A DNA stretch of 64,000 nucleotides from NCBI GenBank assembly GCA_963674705.1, contig OY771506.1, forward strand, positions 3,072,001 to 3,136,000, in the 5' to 3' direction. Position numbers and translations under genes: made by a program. This stretch comes from Phycisphaeraceae bacterium. Lineage in GTDB: Bacteria > Planctomycetota > Phycisphaerae > Phycisphaerales > Phycisphaeraceae. Under the pieces are notes generated by a model. It did not search any database and had not been told where the DNA came from. It saw only the letters and a program-made list of their open reading frames with translations. Position 1 is the stretch's first letter. Every line of letters begins with the position of its first letter. Shown here in pieces: positions 55,280-64,000 of this stretch.

Positions 55280-56745
55280 AAAGCGTCATTGGATGGATCA
55301 AATCGAATGTCGTGATCGTTGTCAGCATCATCCTGATGCTCGCATCTGCCGGTGTGATCGGCTGGTCGGTCATGAAAGGCCGGGCCGCCGCTGATAAGGC
55401 GTCCAAAGATATCAACCAGATGGTCGATAAACTGCGCCGTTACGAAACGAATACTGTCCCGTTCCCGCCCGCTGATGTTGACGCGCCGCCCGAGGACATC
55501 TCTAACGTCGTCATCAATCAGGCGACGCTGGAGCGTCTTGATGATGTCTACGGCAAGATGGACCGGGAATACAAAAAAGTCTTCCAGCCCATCATTGAAC
55601 GCAACAAGAAGGGCCACGACCTGCTCGTTCCCGGCGTGCTGCCCTCTACCGATGCCAACTTCCTGCGCCACGAAACGCGTACCAAGTACCGCCAGGCGTT
55701 CATCGATATGCTCGAGTCGTATGACGAAACGCAGCCGTACGCACCCCGGCTTAACGCGATCACGCCGCTGAATCCCGCCGAGTTGGAATTTGAATTGCGT
55801 CGCGTTGAAGAAGGTTTCCGCCCCAGCGGCTACGGCAATGTAGCAACAGGCGGCGGTATGACGGAGACCGATCGCAAAGCCCTTGAGGATCAAAAGGCCG
55901 AACGTGCTCAGGAAATGCTCGTCGATCGTGCCCGCTCGGCACATATCTACACCGACATCTACATCCAGAGCCCCGGCTTCCCGTTCCAGGTCCAACCCTG
56001 GAGCCTGGCGACAGGCCTGCCGACCTACAAGCAGATCTGGGATGCCCATACCGAGCTATGGGTACAGCAGGATATCGTCCGTGCTATTGGCCTGGCCAAC
56101 GATGTCAGTGATGCGGATAAGAGCGTGATCGATTCACCCGTCAAACGGCTTATCTCGATCACCGTGATCCCCGGCAACGTCGGCACCAGCACGATGGGCG
56201 GCATGGGCGTCGCCAGCATGGACAAGAGCGGTAACGCCGGCGGGGGCATGGGCGGCTACGGCGGCTACGGCATGGGCGGTATGGATGGCATGGGCATGGG
56301 CATGGGGATGGGGATGGGTGGCGGTGCTGCTGCCGAAGCGCCCGTTGCATCTTCAGGCAGCGCCGATGAGAAGCTCGGGGTTGACTTCCACACCGGCCCC
56401 AGCGGCAGGATCTCCAACAGCATCTACGATGTACGCCACGCACGCGTCCTCATGGTTGTTGATTATCAGCAGCTGCCGAAGCTCTTTGACGCTATCAACT
56501 CCGTCAACTTCATGACCGTGCTCGACTGCAAGATTCAGGATGTCGACGAATACCAGGCGCTGCTCGAAGGCTATGTCTACGGCAGCGCTGACGCGGTTCG
56601 CGTTGATATGCTCATCGAATCCATCTGGCTCCGCGAGTGGACCGTTCCCTGGATGCCTAACTCCGTCAAGCAGGAACTCGGTATCGCCGATGCGACCGGC
56701 ACGACGGACACCGCGGACAGCATGGACGGTAATGGTAATTTTTAA
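55276..56745 (+). CDS. Putative PilO-like pilus alignment protein
   Basis: ATGA overlap with pilM, N-terminal TM, LWVQQDI, and a C-terminal ferredoxin-like pattern; the assignment is mainly positional. Confidence 0.6.
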   Translation: MKSVIGWIKSNVVIVVSIILMLASAGVIGWSVMKGRAAADKASKDINQMVDKLRRYETNTVPFPPADVDAPPEDISNVVINQATLERLDDVYGKMDREYKKVFQPIIERNKKGHDLLVPGVLPSTDANFLRHETRTKYRQAFIDMLESYDETQPYAPRLNAITPLNPAELEFELRRVEEGFRPSGYGNVATGGGMTETDRKALEDQKAERAQEMLVDRARSAHIYTDIYIQSPGFPFQVQPWSLATGLPTYKQIWDAHTELWVQQDIVRAIGLANDVSDADKSVIDSPVKRLISITVIPGNVGTSTMGGMGVASMDKSGNAGGGMGGYGGYGMGGMDGMGMGMGMGMGGGAAAEAPVASSGSADEKLGVDFHTGPSGRISNSIYDVRHARVLMVVDYQQLPKLFDAINSVNFMTVLDCKIQDVDEYQALLEGYVYGSADAVRVDMLIESIWLREWTVPWMPNSVKQELGIADATGTTDTADSMDGNGNF

Positions 56746-56823
56746 CTTGTGTGATCGGTCGCATGGCCAGGCCATGTGTATTTGTATGATTGGCTTATCC
56801 GCCGCGTTTGAAAGGGATGAATC

Positions 56824-58956
56824 ATGAACCCTAAAGACTCAGGCTTTATTCAGAAGTATGTTGAAAAGCTCGTGCTAGGCGTCGCTGTTCTATGCTTGCT
56901 CGGGACCGCTTACTACTTCGTCGTGAAGGACCCGTTCCCCGTCAAGGTCGGCAGCAGCAAAGTCGGACCGGATCAGATCACCAAGAAGATAACCGATGCT
57001 GCTAATCGTCTGGAAAGTAAAATAAACTCCGACGAAACGGCCTTGCCCGACCGTGGGATCCCCTCGTATTCCGAAGCGTTTGTCGCGGATTTGCAGGAAA
57101 AACCCACGACACTTGATCAACTCACGCTCCTCGCCGGACCCGGTCTCAGAGACGAAGACATTGATGGCGGCTCAATCATCGTTGAGTACGACCTGCCGCA
57201 TCCGCCCATCGCGGAAGACATCCTTGTGCGTAAGGGACACGCCGTGCTCGGTGACAACATCCCCACGCGTGAGATGGAAGGCCTGATCAAACTCGTCGGC
57301 AACCATCAGCCACGCGACTTTGCTTACGTCAGCGTGGCCGGCACCTTCGATATGGATGAATGGATCGAACGCCTGCAGTCAGGCGACAAGGAAACACGCG
57401 TCCCGGACCGCTGGTGGAACAGCATGATCGGCATCGCCGGCGTGATGCTCCAACGCCAGGAACTCGACGAAGAAACAGGCGAGTGGGGCAACACCACCCT
57501 CATCGATCCACTGCCCGGCCAATTGGCTTCCATGCCCGGCGTGAAGTTCTCCGCCACGACGCAACAGGCCAAGCAGATGATCCAGTTGATCCGCAACAGC
57601 CAGGAAGCCATCGCCCGGCCCGACTTCCCGCAGACCGCGGGTAACGTCCTCTGGAGCCCGCCTAACGAAGAACAGCAGGAACTCGATGCCGAAGGCCAAC
57701 GCAAACTGGCTCGTGTCAACTCCCGTATCCTCAAACTCCAGGAGCAGATCGAAAACCTTCAGGAGCAGATCATCCGTCAGCGTGAGGCGGAAGCTGAACG
57801 AGCCGAACGTGAACGCATGACCGGCGGCCGGGATCGGCAACCAGCAGGCGGGCGTCGTCCTGCCGCACGCCCCGGTGCCGGTGTTGGTGGCGGGGAGTTT
57901 GGTGGTGGTGGCTATGATGAAGGTGGTGGTGCACGTCAAGGACGCGCAACACGACGCCCGGCAGGCCGTGACGCGACCAGGCAACCGGATGCCGAAACCC
58001 CTGAGCAGCGCATGCAATTGCTCCAGGATGACCTGGTCGCCGCCAAGATAGAGCGCAGCGAACTTCTCGGTATCGAACCCGACGTGCTCAACCAGCAGCG
58101 TTACAGCGGTGCTGCAAGAGGCATGGGGGGCTACGGCGGCGAGATGGGCGGCTACGGCATGGGCGGTGAGATGGGCGGCTACGGTATGGGCGGCGAAATG
58201 GGTGGCTACGGCGATGAGATGGGCGGCTACGGCATGGGCGGTGGCTACGGAATGGACCCGTACGGCGGCGGCTACGGCGGCAAAGGCATGGGCGGGTACG
58301 CCCCGGGCATGGATGGCGCGAATCCTCAAAACGCTGAGCCCGAGTCCCGCAAGCTCAAAGTCTGGGCTCATGACCTGAGCATCGAACCCGGAAAAACCTA
58401 CCGCTACCGCATCGTCGTGACCGTGTTGAATCCGCTTTACCGTCAGAAACGTGTTGCCGAAGAACAGCGTGAAGCTAACTATGACCTGATCGCACTGGGA
58501 CCCGATGAGAACGAACTGACCGCATCGCCCTGGTCCAAGCCGGTCACCGTCGATCAGCAACACTACTTCTTCATGGTCAAGGGCTCCACGCAGACAGCCC
58601 GTGTGGAAGTCTGGCACGTTTACAACGGACAGTGGTACAACAAGGAGTTCGAGGTGCGCCCGGGCGACCCGATCGGCCAGAAGGTCATGATGACCGTCGC
58701 CGGTAACCAGGAAGTTGAGTTGGACATGAATGTCGGCCGCATCGTCGTCGACCTTGTTCAGTCAGCGGGGACCGGCACCTTTGGCGCTGCTGACGTTCGG
58801 ATGCTCTACCTGAACCCGCAAGAGAACAAGATCACCGACCGGAGTATCGAGGAAGACCGTGACAACCCGGACCTGATCAGGCTCCGCAACGAAAAAGCCC
58901 TCCAGGCCGAGCTTGCCTTGACCTCTGCGGGTACCGGCGCCCCTCGGGACTTCTAA
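56824..58956 (+). CDS. Hypothetical pilus-associated membrane protein with coiled-coil and Gly/Met/Tyr repeats
   Basis: YVEKLVLG TM and DLSIEPGKTYRYRI...NP (FN3-like) motif; third gene of the pilM operon. Confidence 0.75.
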   Translation: MNPKDSGFIQKYVEKLVLGVAVLCLLGTAYYFVVKDPFPVKVGSSKVGPDQITKKITDAANRLESKINSDETALPDRGIPSYSEAFVADLQEKPTTLDQLTLLAGPGLRDEDIDGGSIIVEYDLPHPPIAEDILVRKGHAVLGDNIPTREMEGLIKLVGNHQPRDFAYVSVAGTFDMDEWIERLQSGDKETRVPDRWWNSMIGIAGVMLQRQELDEETGEWGNTTLIDPLPGQLASMPGVKFSATTQQAKQMIQLIRNSQEAIARPDFPQTAGNVLWSPPNEEQQELDAEGQRKLARVNSRILKLQEQIENLQEQIIRQREAEAERAERERMTGGRDRQPAGGRRPAARPGAGVGGGEFGGGGYDEGGGARQGRATRRPAGRDATRQPDAETPEQRMQLLQDDLVAAKIERSELLGIEPDVLNQQRYSGAARGMGGYGGEMGGYGMGGEMGGYGMGGEMGGYGDEMGGYGMGGGYGMDPYGGGYGGKGMGGYAPGMDGANPQNAEPESRKLKVWAHDLSIEPGKTYRYRIVVTVLNPLYRQKRVAEEQREANYDLIALGPDENELTASPWSKPVTVDQQHYFFMVKGSTQTARVEVWHVYNGQWYNKEFEVRPGDPIGQKVMMTVAGNQEVELDMNVGRIVVDLVQSAGTGTFGAADVRMLYLNPQENKITDRSIEEDRDNPDLIRLRNEKALQAELALTSAGTGAPRDF
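58120..58300 (+). repeat. GGYGMGGEM coding tandem repeats
   Basis: Same unit as in pilM. Confidence 0.85.
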
Positions 58957-58983
58957 CCGGTTTTCAAATCATCTGTAATTGTA

Positions 58984-59017
58984 AGCGGATCGGTTGCGTG
59001 CCGGTCCGCTTTTTTTT
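58984..59017 (+). terminator. Intrinsic terminator of the pilM operon
   Basis: AAGCGGATCGG...CCGGTCCGCTT followed by a T-run. Confidence 0.85.
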
Positions 59018-59155
59018 GCATGATCCGAGCATCCCGACCATGAATGCATGAGCAACCTGATGCCACGGACCATCCCCGGATTACGAAAAGTTTGCCTGGA
59101 AAGTAGGCGATTGTTAGTCTTACACCGTGCCGCTTCTTGATGTGGGGTCTATCTG

Positions 59156-60241
59156 TTGATCAATCTGGCGAGATATAAAGGCATAGTACTTGTAGGCTTA
59201 GGGCTTCTGTGCGCCTTCTTTCTTGTTAACGCATCCTTGTTCGCGTTGTTTGGCTCAGACCCCGAAGTATTCAATGACCCCGAGCATCAACTCGTTTGGG
59301 ATCATCTGGAACGCACGGGCCAGCAGATCGCACGTGCCGAACTTATATTAAAAGACGAATCACCGGACAAAGATCGGCCGCTCGGTGTGGTGCTCGGGCA
59401 ATCCACCACGTTACGAGGCATCGATCGCAAAATTCTCAATGCGCAGGTAAAGCCCCGGCACCGCTGGTTTGTGGTGACCGGGTACGGCAGCAGCTTCGTC
59501 AAATTACGTTATTACGCACAAACACTGATCGCCAGCAATCTGCACCCGAATACCATCGTGCTCGGTTTGCATGAGACCATGCTTGTAGGGCTGGATAAAG
59601 CCGATGATGAAGCGGTGGAGAACGCCATGATCGCTCAATCGGGCCCCCAGGCTGATCCCGAAACGTTCTCAGGCATGTTGTCGCGGATGATGTGGGTCAC
59701 ATCGCAAAGAAGTAACGTCAGTTATTACGTCAACATGACTTTCTATGAAACACGTCTTGCATTGCACTCCGAATTAGGCACAGGTGCGGTTGGCATATTT
59801 GAGCCGGCTGATAATGCATGGGTGACATTGCAACGCAACCGCTTGTCGAAGCGCAGGCCGGACCGGTTCATCGAAAGCAAGAAGAACCTCTGGCAGTCAT
59901 TTGGCTGGTTCGATCCTGAGAACTATACCACGACAAACCGTCACGCGGATGCTTTTCGCGATTTGATTAAGGACCTCAACACACTTAAGCCCCGTCAGAT
60001 TGTCGTTGTCATTATGCCGGTCTCATCCGATCTCAGGCAATGGGTTGGACAGCAGCCGGTGCAGGTCCTCAAAACGATAATCGATGATTTGGATTCAAAC
60101 GCACCCATCCATACCATCGACCTGCGCGACGCTATGGCCGACGAGTACTTCACGGATAACGCGCACCTCAACTACGAAGGCCAAAAACTTTTCAGCGAGA
60201 TGCTGGCTCAAAAGTTGACTGCGTTGAAGTTGAAAAAGTAG
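59156..60241 (+). CDS. Membrane-anchored SGNH-hydrolase-like protein
   Basis: N-terminal TM, VLGQST block I variant, and FTDNAHLN (DxxH). Confidence 0.6.
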   Translation: MINLARYKGIVLVGLGLLCAFFLVNASLFALFGSDPEVFNDPEHQLVWDHLERTGQQIARAELILKDESPDKDRPLGVVLGQSTTLRGIDRKILNAQVKPRHRWFVVTGYGSSFVKLRYYAQTLIASNLHPNTIVLGLHETMLVGLDKADDEAVENAMIAQSGPQADPETFSGMLSRMMWVTSQRSNVSYYVNMTFYETRLALHSELGTGAVGIFEPADNAWVTLQRNRLSKRRPDRFIESKKNLWQSFGWFDPENYTTTNRHADAFRDLIKDLNTLKPRQIVVVIMPVSSDLRQWVGQQPVQVLKTIIDDLDSNAPIHTIDLRDAMADEYFTDNAHLNYEGQKLFSEMLAQKLTALKLKK

Positions 60242-60290
60242 GGGGGGGGCGAATACCACTTTGCACTGGACGGCTTGCCCCGTCATCGGA

Positions 60291-62375
60291 TCATCCCACC
60301 AGGCGTGTGATGTCGTTGTACGTCACAAAGAGGAACACGCACAGCAGCAGCACGAGCCCGACGACTGTCGCGGCCGTCTGGAACCCGACGCTTACCGGCG
60401 ATCCCTTGATCTTCTCGATCGCCAGGAACACCGCCTGCCCGCCGTCCGTGATCGGGATCGGCAGGAAGTTGATCACCGCCAGGTTGATGCTGATCAACCC
60501 GAGGAAGTAAAGCAGGTACTGCCAGCCGCCCTGTGCGATGATCGTGCCCTGATGCACGATCCCAACCGGCCCGGACAACTCCTTTGCAGGCACGGTCCTT
60601 TGGAATAAACGAACAAGCGTCATGTACGTGTTCGTGATCCACTGATGCGTCTTCTTGAAACCCAGTGCGGCCGCTTCCATCGGGTTATCACCGACCACCG
60701 GCACACGCAGCAGGTCGACCAGGATGCCCTCCGGTAATTGTGGATACCAACTCGCTTCCGCAAGCTGCTGCTTCATCGACGACGTCAGCGCAACCTTCAC
60801 CGTCTCCTGCGGCTGCTCCGGCAGATTCAATGCATAGGTCAGCTCGACTTCATTTTGATTTTCTTGCGCCGCCAGATCGGTCAGCTTCCGCTGGAAGTCA
60901 GCCCATGATTCGATAGGCTCGCCGTTCAGCGAAACCAGCTTCGAGCCGCTGACCAGCTTCCCGTGTTCGTTGACAGGGGAGTCGGGCAAGGTGTCGGCGA
61001 TAACAACATTGTCGTAAGCCTGACCCATGCCGATCCCCAGCTTGCCTTTGCGGCTGAGTTTGATCGGCTCCATCTCGATACGCTCGCCCTTGCGTAAGAG
61101 AACCAGACTGACCATGTTGTCGCCTTTATGTGCTTCCTCAGCGACTTTGACGACTTCATCAGGGCTGGGCCAGACTTGGCCGTTGATGCTTTCGATCACA
61201 TCATTGCTTTTGAGGCCGGCTTTTTCGGCGACACTTTTCTCAGAGATAAACGAAATCTCCGTCGGCGGGACAAGCCCCAGCAGGTTGGCCGGTGTTTTTT
61301 CACCGCCGTCCGTCGTCAGCGATGGGGCCGCGGCGGCTTGCACGTCGATCGTCTTGCCCGATTCCGTATCAGTGAGCGTTACCGCCACATGCTTGCCTCG
61401 GGCTTCTCTGACCAGGTCGGAATACTGCGAGGAGCGTTCGACCGGTTTGCCGTTGACCGCGGATATCATCATGTTTTTCGTGATGCCCGCGGCTTTGGCT
61501 TCGCTGCCTTCGACCACCGCATCCACCTTCATCGACAGCGGCGACTCGATGCCGATGTAGTACAGGCCCGATGCTTCATTAACTTCAGGCTGGAGCACAT
61601 AGTGCAGCGGCTGCTCGGCCCCGGCACGTTCGATCGTCATATCCAGCTTCGTCTGGTCATTGGACAGGATGGTCGCGTACTTGACGTCCATCATGTCGTC
61701 GACTTCTTTGCCGTTGATATGTGTGATCTTGTCGTCAGGCTGCAGGCCGAGATACGCCGGGTCGTTTTCATGCCCCTGTGCGTAAACGACAGCGGCGGGG
61801 GAGTCGTCCGCGACACTACCTACCACCGCCGGTGGGAACTTCACGCCCGACATGAACGCAATGATGAAGAAGATCATCCCGAAGATGACGTTCATGATCA
61901 CGCCCGCGGAGATCACCGCGAAACGTGCCGAGACGCTCTTGTTGTTAAACGCGCGCGGGTCTTCGCTACGGGCCGAGGGGTCCATGTCCTCCTGCCCAAG
62001 CATCTTGACGTACCCGCCCAGCGGGATGTAGTTCAAGCGGTATTCGGTTTCGCCCAATCCTAACTCAGCCGCGATCTGGTCCGTCTGCTGGACGGTCGGT
62101 GGGGCGGGGTCCGTCTTGCCATCTGCTTCGCACTTGGCTTTGTACGCGTCCTTGATCCGCTTCTCATACTCCGGCTCGGTTGTCCCGACGCGGAAGCCCA
62201 GGCCCTTACGCCAGGTCAACAGCGAATGCCCGAACCCGATCGCGAATTGCGTTGTCTTGATCCCGACCAGCTTCGCTACCACGAAGTGTCCCAGCTCGTG
62301 GACGAAGATCAGGAAGCCAAAGCCCAGGACGATCAGGGCAAAAGCGAAGAGGCTGTTTTCCATGAGGTATTGCAT
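60291..62375 (-). CDS. rseP: Site-2 (M50) RIP metalloprotease RseP with multiple PDZ domains
   Basis: HELGH, IPLGGYVKM, AGVIMN and NFLPIPITDGG motifs; syntenic with dxr. Confidence 0.95.
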   Translation of the reverse strand: MQYLMENSLFAFALIVLGFGFLIFVHELGHFVVAKLVGIKTTQFAIGFGHSLLTWRKGLGFRVGTTEPEYEKRIKDAYKAKCEADGKTDPAPPTVQQTDQIAAELGLGETEYRLNYIPLGGYVKMLGQEDMDPSARSEDPRAFNNKSVSARFAVISAGVIMNVIFGMIFFIIAFMSGVKFPPAVVGSVADDSPAAVVYAQGHENDPAYLGLQPDDKITHINGKEVDDMMDVKYATILSNDQTKLDMTIERAGAEQPLHYVLQPEVNEASGLYYIGIESPLSMKVDAVVEGSEAKAAGITKNMMISAVNGKPVERSSQYSDLVREARGKHVAVTLTDTESGKTIDVQAAAAPSLTTDGGEKTPANLLGLVPPTEISFISEKSVAEKAGLKSNDVIESINGQVWPSPDEVVKVAEEAHKGDNMVSLVLLRKGERIEMEPIKLSRKGKLGIGMGQAYDNVVIADTLPDSPVNEHGKLVSGSKLVSLNGEPIESWADFQRKLTDLAAQENQNEVELTYALNLPEQPQETVKVALTSSMKQQLAEASWYPQLPEGILVDLLRVPVVGDNPMEAAALGFKKTHQWITNTYMTLVRLFQRTVPAKELSGPVGIVHQGTIIAQGGWQYLLYFLGLISINLAVINFLPIPITDGGQAVFLAIEKIKGSPVSVGFQTAATVVGLVLLLCVFLFVTYNDITRLVG

Positions 62376-62419
62376 ATTGGCGTCCGTCTTATTCTTATTC
62401 GATGCGTTGGTTTGTTTAT

Positions 62420-63625
62420 TTAGCGTGTGGTGGGTAACGGTTCTTCCGCCAGCCGATCCGCAACAAACTCACGTGCCTGCCGATCCGCCTCCAACACGGA
62501 TTCCAGGCTGTCCAGGTCGCTGATCGGGACCTTGTTCAGGGCTTCCTCGGCTAACTCTACGATACGTCCAAAAGCGATCCGGCGTTCGAGAAACGCCTTG
62601 ACCGCCGCCTCGTTCGCCGCATTGAACACCGCCCCGGCCGTGCCCCCGGCCTCGATCACTTCATAGCCTAGACGAGGAGCCTTAAACCTTTGAAAATCCA
62701 CGGGTTCAAAGCTCAACCCTCTTAACATCGACCAGTCCATCGCGTCGCTGCAGCCCCCGGCCCGCTCCGGATACGTCAACGCATACTGGATCGGCGTCCG
62801 CATGTCCGGCGGGCCCAACTGAGCCAGCACCGAGTTATCCGTGAATTCCACGAAGCTGTGCACCACCGATTCCGGATGCACCAGCAGGTCGATCTTCTCG
62901 CCGGGCAACTTGAACAGCCAATGGGCCTCGATCACCTCCAGCGTCTTGTTCATCATCGTCGCCGAATCGATCGTGATCTTCGGCCCCATGTTCCATGTCG
63001 GATGCTTCAGCGCCTGGTCGGCCGTCGCCTGATCCATCTGCTCCTTCGGCGTCGTGCGGAACGGCCCGCCCGATGCGGTCAGCACGATCCGTTTCACGCG
63101 CTGCTTCGCACCGTTGTGGGTATTCAAACACTGGAAGATCGCAGAATGCTCCGAGTCGACCGGGATTAACTCCGCCCCGTGCTCCTTGAGCATCGGTTGC
63201 ACTAGTTGACCCGCCGCGACAAGTGTTTCTTTGTTCGACAGGCTGATCTTCAAACCCTTGCGGATCGCTTCGAGTGTCGGGGCAAGTCCCGCCGCACCAA
63301 CGATCGCCGCCGCACAATCCGTAGCAGGCACTTCACGCACGAGTCGTGTCGCCGCATCATCTCCCGCAAACACCGTGCAGTCAGGCAGCGCATCGCGCAA
63401 CGCCTTTTCCTGTGTGAGGTCCTGAATCGCGACGTGCTTGACTTTAAACCAGCGTGCCTGCTCGATCAGCGTGTTTGCGCTACCGCCTGCGGACAACCCG
63501 ACGACTTCAATCCCCACGCCGGCCGTGCGGTTCAGGTGATCGACCACCGCCAGCGTGTTCGTCCCGATCGATCCGGTCGATCCCAGCACGATCAGCTTTC
63601 GGGTTGTCGGCTTCGTTGAACTCAT
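62420..63625 (-). CDS. dxr: 1-deoxy-D-xylulose-5-phosphate reductoisomerase
   Basis: LGSTGSIG, NKE, PVDSEH, LTASGGPF, HPTWNMGPKITIDSATMMNK and NAANE motifs. Confidence 0.98.
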   Translation of the reverse strand: MSSTKPTTRKLIVLGSTGSIGTNTLAVVDHLNRTAGVGIEVVGLSAGGSANTLIEQARWFKVKHVAIQDLTQEKALRDALPDCTVFAGDDAATRLVREVPATDCAAAIVGAAGLAPTLEAIRKGLKISLSNKETLVAAGQLVQPMLKEHGAELIPVDSEHSAIFQCLNTHNGAKQRVKRIVLTASGGPFRTTPKEQMDQATADQALKHPTWNMGPKITIDSATMMNKTLEVIEAHWLFKLPGEKIDLLVHPESVVHSFVEFTDNSVLAQLGPPDMRTPIQYALTYPERAGGCSDAMDWSMLRGLSFEPVDFQRFKAPRLGYEVIEAGGTAGAVFNAANEAAVKAFLERRIAFGRIVELAEEALNKVPISDLDSLESVLEADRQAREFVADRLAEEPLPTTR

Positions 63626-63999
63626 GCGGACTCCGCGTCGGGATTCGAAATAGCCACGACCTTGTTGCTATAACCCTTGGAAGGTTGATTCACGGTGGTG
63701 ACCACATCTGACTTAGCCTTGGTGCTACGACGCTTGCGCTTCTTGGTTTGCTTTGTCTTACCGGAAGCCGAGTCGGTCGGTTCTTCCTTGGCTTTGTCTG
63801 CGGGCACTTCCGCTTTCTTGTTTTCTTCGGCAGTTTCTTCCTTGGCAGTGTCCGAAGCCTGCTTCTTCTTGCGGCCTCGTCCACGCCGGCTCTTCTTCTT
63901 CACCGTTGTCGCGGCTTCGTCTGCCGACGGCTCTGCCTTCGCGGCTTCTTCTGGTTTAGCTTGTTCAACCTGCTTTTCTTCAGGCTTCACTTGCTCGGC
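63622..63999 (-). CDS. 3' end of a gene truncated by the window edge; Lys/Arg/Glu-rich disordered tail (possibly RNase E/G-like)
   Basis: The frame is open to the window end, contains KKKSRRGRGRKKK, and overlaps dxr by ATGA. The product assignment is only a guess. Confidence 0.55.
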   Translation of the reverse strand, partial: AEQVKPEEKQVEQAKPEEAAKAEPSADEAATTVKKKSRRGRGRKKKQASDTAKEETAEENKKAEVPADKAKEEPTDSASGKTKQTKKRKRRSTKAKSDVVTTVNQPSKGYSNKVVAISNPDAESA

Positions 64000-64000
64000 A

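Overview
GC-rich bacterial window, most likely from a planctomycete of the Phycisphaerae type (inferred from DUF1559-like prepilins, dockerin-like/PEP-CTERM surface proteins and a Gly/Met-rich PilM operon). About 1-26 kb is an accessory mosaic. It holds an iteron-like region, an HTH-like gene whose 3' end is duplicated around a type III PKS/methyltransferase/FAD-oxidoreductase cassette, a DUF5131 gene, and fragments of an IS110, an rve transposase and a serine recombinase. It also holds a hexosamine PUL-like locus (two GH20, an SSS transporter, a ROK regulator, a prepilin, a PEP-CTERM pair, a GH16), an ABC-2 exporter and a sigma-like gene with a four-segment attenuator-like leader. The two ends of an IS110/IS1111-type element (14-bp sub-terminal repeats, with a bridge-RNA-like right end) lie 18.6 kb apart in opposite orientation around that cargo. 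About 26-52 kb carries a PP2C sensor phosphatase, a giant repeat surface protein, an operon of ECF sigma, chimeric vWA protein and 2181-aa membrane protein, and more dockerin/PEP-CTERM proteins (nuclease, M14 peptidase, PstS-like). About 52-64 kb is core-like: the pilM operon, an SGNH-like protein, rseP and dxr. No tRNA, rRNA or CRISPR array was seen. All family calls come from motif recognition by eye, not from database searches.
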